The translations under genes were made by a program, and so were the position numbers. A stretch of 64,000 nt of DNA, taken from positions 6,147 through 70,146 of IMG/VR virus record IMGVR_UViG_3300050147_000056. One strand, 5' to 3'. Numbering within the stretch: position 1 is the first letter of the stretch; the number at the start of each line of letters is the position of its first letter. The notes below the pieces were generated by a model, which saw only the letters and a program-made list of their open reading frames with translations, did not search any database and was not told where the DNA came from. This document shows, piece by piece, positions 36,765 to 46,100 of this stretch. This DNA is from a virus.

Positions 36765-37042
36765 TGCAACTCACCGTAGAAATGACCGCAGAAGACGTAG
36801 CACAGGCTATGGAAGACCATGTACTGAAAACCTTGGGCGTCGCTGCTCAAGCTATTGTTGAAGGTGTTTATCCCAACTTCAGTATCAAGGTCAGTGCAGA
36901 AAGCACCCCTGTTAAGAAAACCCGTAAAGCGCGTACCACTGCGCCCGTTTTGGATGAAGCAACTGTAGATGTTGAACCAATTCCACTGACCCCACCTGCT
37001 GACCTGTTTGCTGTAACTGCGGATTCATTCTTTAGTGAATAA
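36764..37042 (+). CDS. hypothetical protein
   Basis: TAATG-coupled; low-complexity acidic tail. Confidence 0.7.
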   Translation: MQLTVEMTAEDVAQAMEDHVLKTLGVAAQAIVEGVYPNFSIKVSAESTPVKKTRKARTTAPVLDEATVDVEPIPLTPPADLFAVTADSFFSE

Positions 37043-37166
37043 GCTAATAGTGGCTGCATTTGTAGTTATTGCCTTTTGGGTAATAGCTACGATGATAGCC
37101 ACTATTGCACCAATCCTATTAGGGATTATCGTGGTAGCGGCTATCGTCGTGTTAGCGTTTGATTAG
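37035..37166 (+). CDS. small two-TM membrane protein (43 aa; not in ORF track)
   Basis: GTG start; MNKLIVAAFVVIAFWVIATMIATIAPILLGIIVVAAIVVLAFD fills the gap to vRNAP. Confidence 0.5.
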   Translation: MNKLIVAAFVVIAFWVIATMIATIAPILLGIIVVAAIVVLAFD

Positions 37167-40100
37167 AAGCCAAGCAGTAGTTTAATCGGTAGAGGTTGAC
37201 CTACTGCACTCAAGGCATCTGTAGCAGCCAATCCAAATGGATTACCTACATTGGTGAATACCAGAGGATCTAATGCACCCATAGTACCCAGTCCATAAGC
37301 CAACGCACCTTGAGCAACAACACCTGATGGTTTCTCTTGGATTAGATACATCAAAGCTCTCTGAATACGCATGTAATACTTGGTGTACATAACCAAGCCA
37401 TTGTCATTCAGTGCTTGCATCTCAGGAGATGTAGGAACGTCATAACTAATAAACATACGATCAGCTACAGCTACTGCATCTTCATGACTTACACCTTTGT
37501 TACGCTCATGATTGTAGATGGTGTACTTGGCAGTAAAGTCTGACATCTGCGTACCTGCAGCCAGTAACTTAAAGATGCTGGAGCTAGGCGTCACAAATGC
37601 AAATGACAACATCTCTTTAATGGCTGGAGATACCCACTGAGTAGATTTATCCAGCTTATCCATCAAAGCACTACCATAAGAATATTCATCATTCGTTGTA
37701 CTTATGTCTTCGACAATCGTAGACAACATCCCCTCTTCTAGAAACTCAGCCAATGGGTTTTTAGCCATAGAATCTAAGATGCGGTTTCTCTCTGAATCCA
37801 GCGTTGAAAGATTTCCAATACGCGCACTAATCTGTTGTGTCACCTTGACTAGTGCAGCCTTGTCTTTCTGGTATTGAATACCTGCCGCCAAAGCTTTCGA
37901 GCTACTTCTGTACACCTCAAGAATACCCACCCCTGCAGCACTCAACATTCCCATGTTCGCTGACTGGTTACCTACTAAGGTACTCAAGTTACGAATCACG
38001 TTAGAGCTTTTAACAAAGGCTACAATCTCTTCATTTGCACGCTGTGTACGAATGGCTACTGCCCTAGCTTTCTTACCTGCAGCAGCCTCAAACGCCCCTA
38101 CAACAAGCTTCTCAAGGACATTTCTCTCATTTGCGTTCTTATCAAATGAGTTACTAACGCTAAGCTTTCTAAAGCCAAAGACAGAACGTAGTACCTCGTT
38201 GCTGACGTACATTCCTGTAGTACCAAACTTATCTTCAGCAAAGGCTTTAGTAGCGTTAGGTAACATTGCCCACATCTCTCTCAAAGCTGGATCAGTAGAC
38301 TCAGTACCCACCAACACAAACTTCTTGGCTTCTTCTGGCTTACTACCAAAGTATTGCTTAGCCAAGTGATTGACCACATTCTCGTTGTGCTTAGGTGACT
38401 CTACTTTGTCAAAGATGTTTGCTGCGTAAGCGCCTAACAGCTTGGCAAAGTTATTGTTCCGTTGTAGTAAACCATTACGAGTATTAGCGTCCATCTCGTA
38501 GTAGTAATCTAATGTAGTACCGCTATTACTGTAGTGACCGATCATACTTACAGGCTCAACTCTAGGATCATAGTCAACCTGTTTGGCTTTCTTCAGCAAA
38601 GCATTAGCTACACCGTTATCAGTCTGCTTCATAGCAATGAAGCGTTCTTTGTCAGTCATGTCTGCTCTAGCAAAAGCTGCAGCACCTTTAGAGTGTGTAC
38701 TGGTTAAGCTCATACTACCGGTGACAAAGCGTTGCTGACCTGCATCCTTATTCATGAACAACACTCTAGGCGCTTGTTCTGGGTCATTTGGATCTACACG
38801 CATCTGGCCTACAGCAATGTATCCACGGTTCTTCATCTCCTTGGCTGTTTGTGTATCACCAACAATCTGAAGATCTCTGTGGGTATTAGAAATCTCAGGC
38901 ATCCAGCCTTGTTGAATAGATCTCTCATTACCTTCAAACAATGTGTTCTTAGCTTCTTTCTGCAAAGAGGCGTGATACTTCAATACTGTAGCCAGTGCTT
39001 CATAGGTGTTGTAGCTCTCTATATTAAACAATCTAGACAGCTCCTCACGTACTCCGCCATTGGTGTATTGGATAGCCTGTACAGCCGTATACCTATCCAG
39101 TAGCTCAATTAATACAGGATCTACCTGATCTGAATACTCTTGGCTTCCTACACCCTGTGAGATGCTCAAAGTGTTCTTAACCAAACCTACCCTACCTTCA
39201 CCAATTGTTTGATATAGGGCTAGATCCTTACAGCGGTTCACTAGAAGCCTTCCATTTTCATAAGCTAGGATTTCCCCTTCTAACGCCTTACGCAGCGTAG
39301 AACGCTTCCCTGAGCTACGTAGAAGCTCTTCGATACCTGCAATACCGATACTGTCCATAAGTACATGAACATTGGTTCTTAGTAATCCATTGGTCAATGC
39401 AGCACTATTTTTGGCAGTAAGGTACTTACCCTTGTCCTTGAACATCTCTGTGACGTTGGTATAGGTTGCTACAGCGATGTCATCTCGGGTGGCCTGCAAA
39501 GACGTATGCTTGCGAATTAAACGAACCATCGCACTCATAGCTTTACTTGGATTATTTAACTCATTCAGCATCTCAGCTTTCCAACCATACTTTTGGTTGG
39601 GTAACTCAGAGTCTCTCCACTCTTTAATAGCATCCATTTGCTTCATTAGGTTGCCATTAAGAGTATCAATAGTTACCTCAGCGATACCTGAAAACCTATC
39701 TGTTTTAGTCAATGGCTTAAACAGCTTGGAAGTCATAGGTCCAATCTTCTTGAGCATCGGATCAGCCCGTCTGATAGTGGTGTACCAACCATCCAACACA
39801 GTCTCAATAGAAGACTGCTTAGATGTTCTATGCACACTAATCAGTTGCTTAGCCAAGATAGGCATCTTCTCAGCAATGGTCATAGCACTACTGGTTTTGA
39901 CCATATAGCTATTAGCCCATTGGAAGGTGCTCACTACATAAGCCTGCAGCAACTCAAGCAATGATTTATTTTTATTACTTGGCTTAGCTACAGCAAAACC
40001 AAGGATAGTAGCTACTTCCTCACACGCTAGTGAAGCTGCAACAAAGCGTGATAGGTATTCATTAATACCTCCATTACCACCTACTCTGAATAAGGTGTTG

Positions 40101-43100
40101 TACTTCTCAATGGCAGTGTTACGTTGAGATTGAGTAGCAGATAACCAGTCACCATCATGAAAGCTTTCCGGTGTTAGGTTAGTTCTGGCAGCATCATAAG
40201 CAGCCCGTACCTGACGATATAGATTAGAAGAGAAAGTCTTGTTTAAGCTCTCTGCAACCACTACCTCAATAGTCTCCATAGCAAAGCGTTCTTTGTCTGA
40301 TACTGAGAATCCAGCGTCAATCATTCGGGTGCTATAGAGGTTTCTGCCACTAGCTAAAGTAGCTTCCCAAACATCTTTAGCAGACTGATCATTAGTGCCA
40401 ATCACACTAGTAAGACTATCTAGTACCCCATAGGTCTTGGACAGAACATTACTTACTTGGCTAGCCAGTTTAGCTGCAAATAAGTTAGTGGTATTACCAC
40501 CATCCAATGAGTCAAACAACTCCCTAGGGGTCATACGATTTACTACAGCCTCAGCATCCGTAAATGTAGGTAGATCCAATGAACCATAATCACCGTTACT
40601 AACTTTGAAGGTTTTCTTAGTCATTGTGTTCAGTAAGGCAGCCATAGCAGACTGCTCATTGAATCTATAGTCTAAGCCAAAAGATTCCAACAAACCTTTT
40701 ACAAATGCCACCAGTGCAGTGGTTACTCCTCTATTTTGTGGAATAACTATTTTGTTGAGTAAGTCTTGAAATGCAGCATCACTCATAGCAACTGCAACAA
40801 ACTCAGCATTAGTCTTAAAGGCGTATTCATAATAGTCACTCAACTGACCTAACTGCTTACGAGCAGCTTCCCTAATACGAGTAACTTCAGTATTAAATAC
40901 CGGATTGGTCTCTAGGTTTACTGCCGTAGCTGCATGGATTAACTCATGTAATAAACCTACTGCAGTACCACCATTGCCTTTATCCAGTAACTGAATCAAA
41001 CCTGTAACCCTATTATACCTACCATTGGTTACCCCCTTATCTAACACGTCTGCAGCACCTACCACTAAGCTGGTATTACCCAAGCTCATAGTGGAAAATT
41101 TCTTCCATAGAGCAGCTTCAAGCTTAGCACTCCAATGGTTAGACTTAGATGCAGCAGCTTCTTTAGCCTTAGCAGCAATAACTTCTTGTAGTGCTTTACC
41201 TGTGATTCTCTTAGTAGGTGCTACAGAGCTAGTGACTAGGTTACCTACACCAGATACATTCACACCCTTCACAAATGAACCTGTACCATTCACTTCTGTG
41301 TAGCCATTAGCGAGCAACCATGTAGCTAACTTGCGGTCACCACTAACGTAGTCATTACTCTCTCTGTACTGCTTAGTATCAATAACAATAGTAGCTCCTG
41401 CAGCAATAGCTTTAGCTACCAAGTCCAATGTCTTAGCAAAATTACTAGCGTTAGTAGGTCTATTACCTCCATTTAGAGACACATAGACTTTATCGGTAGC
41501 TACGTACTCTTTTTGGTTGACCAACGCTTTATCAATAGCGTAGGCGTAAGCAGCAGTAGAAGTACCCTCAGCACCAAAACCAATGTACTTATTGGAGATA
41601 CTCCACTTGGCTTGATCCTTATTAGCTACAGCACTACTTACACCTTGACGATTAGGCAACACACCTTTAACAGGTACAGGACTAGCTGTAGCAGCAGGTG
41701 CTTTACGCGTATTCAAGCGTAGCCACAAAGCCATTCTACCCTCTGTACTATTCGCTTGAGGATGTTTAGCAATAAACTTCTGAACACCATCCGAAGCCTG
41801 TAACTGAGCAGAGTAGGCAGCAGAGAATTCATTAGCTAATAACTCAATCTCTGCAATCTGTTCCTTGTAAGAAGCAGTGAGCTTGGCGATCTGTGCGTCA
41901 ATACGCGCGTAGTCTTTAGAAGTCAGCTCTAGATAACCTGCTTCAGTACCATACTGATTAATGAACTTTACTTGTTTAAGTTTATTCAGCTTTTCAATGT
42001 CTGCTGTGTAAGCTGCTTTAAACCAACCCCTAATTAACTGAGCTACGTTTTTACTAGAGTAGTAATCGCTCTTGTTGGATTTAGTATTTACTGCTGCACC
42101 AAAGGACTTAGCAATACTAAACAAAGCTTCATCACTTAATGCTTTGTTAGGATTAGCCAAGTAACCTTTGATAGGTTTCAGCATTGCTTTAATGCCTTGA
42201 CTATTTAAATGGTACTTAGTAATGGCATTGAAAAATGCACGGTTCTGAGCTTTAGCTACTGCCTGTACACTATCAACTGATGCAGCGTGAGCATCATGTC
42301 TGTTAGCAGCATCCATTTGAGCAGCTACAGTAGTTGCTACGTAAGCATCCACAGCTTGAATAGTACCTGCAGCCATACCCAAACCAACTGGCTCAAGTTT
42401 TCTTCTGGCAGGGTAGCCAGAGAATGACCATGTCTTATTCTTCAGGTTGGTATCCAAATTGTTGAACTTACTTACTGCAGGAACATCCACACCTTCATAG
42501 ACAGCTTTACTCCATGAGTAACCTACGTGAGCAGACTCATTAGGGTTTTTACCGCCTAAGCCATTAACAGAGATAATACTGTTGTTGTTCTCTAACAGTC
42601 CTGCAAGGATTACATCTTCCTCTTGAGCAGATAGACCTTCAAGGTACTGCTCTACTTGCTCACCATCTTGTTTACCTGTACGGAATGGAAGAGTACCTGC
42701 AGCTTTACGCTCAGCTACCTTAGCTGCTACAGCATTTTCATACTGCTGATTAAACAGCTCAAAACCAATGTTAGTAGCTGCTAGGAGTGCTGAGCGGCGT
42801 TCTCCCATAGCTCCTGAAATCTCAGTGATGGCTTCAGCAGTAGCTACACCTCTACTGAGGATGTCTGCCTGCATCACTGTGAACTCTTGCTCAGGAGTCA
42901 ACACTAGCTCTAGTGCATTGTTGATACTTCCTAGTTTTACTGTGGGTACGCGATCACCTGTACTTTGATTCATAGCTGTGATCAAAGTATTAATCGCTAC
43001 GATTGCAGACTGGAAACCTACAATATCAACAGGTAATCCATTAGCTTTATTATCTACTGCTTGATTGTGTGCAGCTTCCAACATCCCATAGAAACCTTTC

Positions 43101-46100
43101 ACTACTTCTCTAGCACCAGCCCGCTTAATACTAGGGATACTAGCATTGTAGTTAGCAGGGATAAGCATAGGCTTAGCACCTGAGCGACTACCATACTTAG
43201 GATCAAGAAGAGCAAGACTAGGCAATACTTTACTTGGATCAAGCAGACCTTTAATTTTTTGGTTCACCCAAGCAGCTTCACTTTCGCTTAGCCCATTACT
43301 GAGCATTTCCTCAAAGCGTGCTTTTTGCATGTAGTAAGCAGCTTGTAATCCATCTAGCTTCTCACGCATCACTTGACCGCTAGATGTGTAGTAATCCTTA
43401 CCCCCTCTAGTAAGGTAGTTGGGTACATCTCGCACAGGACTATCTTCCCCATACAGACCTACTGCAGCCATAAGCTCAGGAGATACTGTTCCGTAGAGAA
43501 CCTCAGAGATAGCCACACCGTTGTTCACACCATCAGACTCAATAGCCATCTCAGTAGTGAATTTACCGTCCTTGGCTTCCTTGTAAGCAACCAGCATGGT
43601 CATAGCCTGTATAGCCATAGGTCCACCACCAGATTCAGCTATAACGCTCTCTAAGGCAGCTCTAGCCTCTGCACTGATGGATTCACCCTGCATAGTCATT
43701 TGCATGGCTGTAATCGCTTCCTGTACGCGATCAGTAGCTAGATAATCCATGAATGAAGGGATAAATGTTTCAGCGTTAATCTTGTCAGGGGACTTACCCA
43801 CAGCGTGTTTCAGATCTTCCATTACAGACCCGATAGACAGAATGAAGTTACCAAAGGTCGTGACCTTACCATCGACGATAGGAGGCTCTACAGTGACCTC
43901 TACACGGTGAGTAGCCATAGCCATGAGGGAACGATGGATCTTACTGCCTTGATCGTTTAACGCTGTGCTAGTGACACCCACACGGTTTACTACCCATACA
44001 TCCATAGGCAAGTAAACGCTAACGTACTCCCCATCCACATTGGTTTTAATACTCTCTACTGTCTCTAATGCAATCATCAAGTCTTTCTTGATGGTTTCAT
44101 TGATCGCTGTCTGACGCTTACGTTTAACTACGTGAAGGGTCTGTAGCTCAGCATCTGATACAACCCCTAGCATCGAATAGAGAAGCTCAGGATCGGTCTT
44201 CAGTAAACCATTGTAAGTAGCCACCATGTCTTTACTAATGCGATATGGCTTACGCATCATTGCAGCTACCTTGTCTGCTAGCTGTGAAGGTACTTGTACG
44301 CCTGTGTTGTTAATAGTGGTTTGTGCGAGCTTCTTAGGCGCTCTAGTCATAGGCTGTCTTTTGGCATTGTTAGTACCAAACAGGTTAGCTACAAAGCCAC
44401 CAGAACCTTTAGCTGTATCAATGACGATATTTACTGCAGCAGTGGTGATGTCGTAACCGTAGCTGTCTTGGGTAGTAGCCAAGCGAGTAAATGTAATCTT
44501 ATCGTTCATCAACGCGTTAACACGCTGTCCTTCATATTCAGCAGGGATAGCCAATGTGTTTTCATCAATAAATTCATAGATGGCCTTACCTGCTAAAACA
44601 TCTTGATGCAGCTTATAGACCCATGCAGGCATTACTGAAGTTTCCACTAGCTTGGCAGATTCCATAGTCGCAAATGCTGCAGATCCTAGTGCAAAGATTA
44701 GTCTTTCCTTACGAGTAGTTGCTTCATCCTTGTTGCTACTTAAACCAAGTGCAGCATAGGCATTTGCTCCTAGAGACATAATGACTTGGCTTCTCAAGTC
44801 ACCTCTACGGTGTAGATCGTTGTAAGCCAAAGGATCTAAGTAGCCGTTCTCTGACTTGTCACCAAGCATTTTTCTAATGTCTCTTTCTTTTTTAAAGAGT
44901 TTCCCACCATCAGATACAATATGATCATGGATAGCTGCAGTGATTGCAGTCATCAAGTTTTGATCAAGCTTCCCGTCTACCATCATAAATTGTAGGAAGT
45001 CCTTGTACCTGTAGTCCTCATTGGTAGATAGCATCAATTGCTCAAGGATGGGTGTTAGTTGTTTATGCAGCGTTAGAAAACCCTGCATAGCAACAATCTG
45101 ATTGTTGGTCTTATTGGTATCACGAATAGCCGCTATTAATCCACGCACCACAGGGCTGTTGAGGTTGGACATAACGTCTCTAACCACAGTTAGCAGTACT
45201 TTCTTAGTCTGTTTGAAACCAGTAATGACAAGGTTAGCTTTCTGGAATCCAGCAACAGACTCACCATTGCTCTCTAGTAACTTGGCTTTTTCTGCAGCTA
45301 CTACTTCATCAGTTACACCTTCAAAAATAGACAGTTTACCTGCTAGTTCTTTACCTGCAGTAGCTACTTCTTCAGTGGATAGGAAGATGTCCTCTACAGC
45401 AGCATCTACTTCAATAGTGACTGTATCATCTGAGTAGATGATGTCACCAAACTCGTCATAAGCGACACCACTATCCTGATAATCAGATTCCTCAAAGCCA
45501 TCAAAGTTATTACTTGGAGGTTGCTCACTGAACTCTTCAAACCATTGAGTTTCTTCCTCAGCAACTACCGGTGTACTCACAGGTGTAGTTGTACTGGCTA
45601 CAGGGGTAGTAGTTTGCGTTACTCCCGGAGTAGTGGTGATTGGTGTTGAGTCCACGTTTAAGTAAACACGTTCTACGTTATCCACTAATCGGTTAATAGC
45701 AGCGTTTTCTTTTTCAATGGCCTCAAGTAAACCAGAAGCAGAATTACTGGTAACAGTTACTCCTGCGTTGATACGAACACTTGCAGACTTAGGTGCAGCA
45801 TTAGCAACTGTGTCTGGTTTACCCACTACCCAATCTTTACCTGAACGAGTAACGAAGGTCATGTAACCTTCTTTGGTGATTGAGATAGCCTCTCTAATAG
45901 CCTCCTCTTTAGCTGCATGATCGCGTTGAAACTCAGTCAGCTTCTTGTAGAGACTATTAGTAACTTTACCTGTTTTGTCTTTAGTAGCTTGAGCAAAGTC
46001 TTGTAGGTACTGAGACAAACTCACGTACTTGATGGACTTACCACCACCACTAGTAATATCACCAGTAACGGTTTCAATATTCTTGGTAGCATTCATCTCA

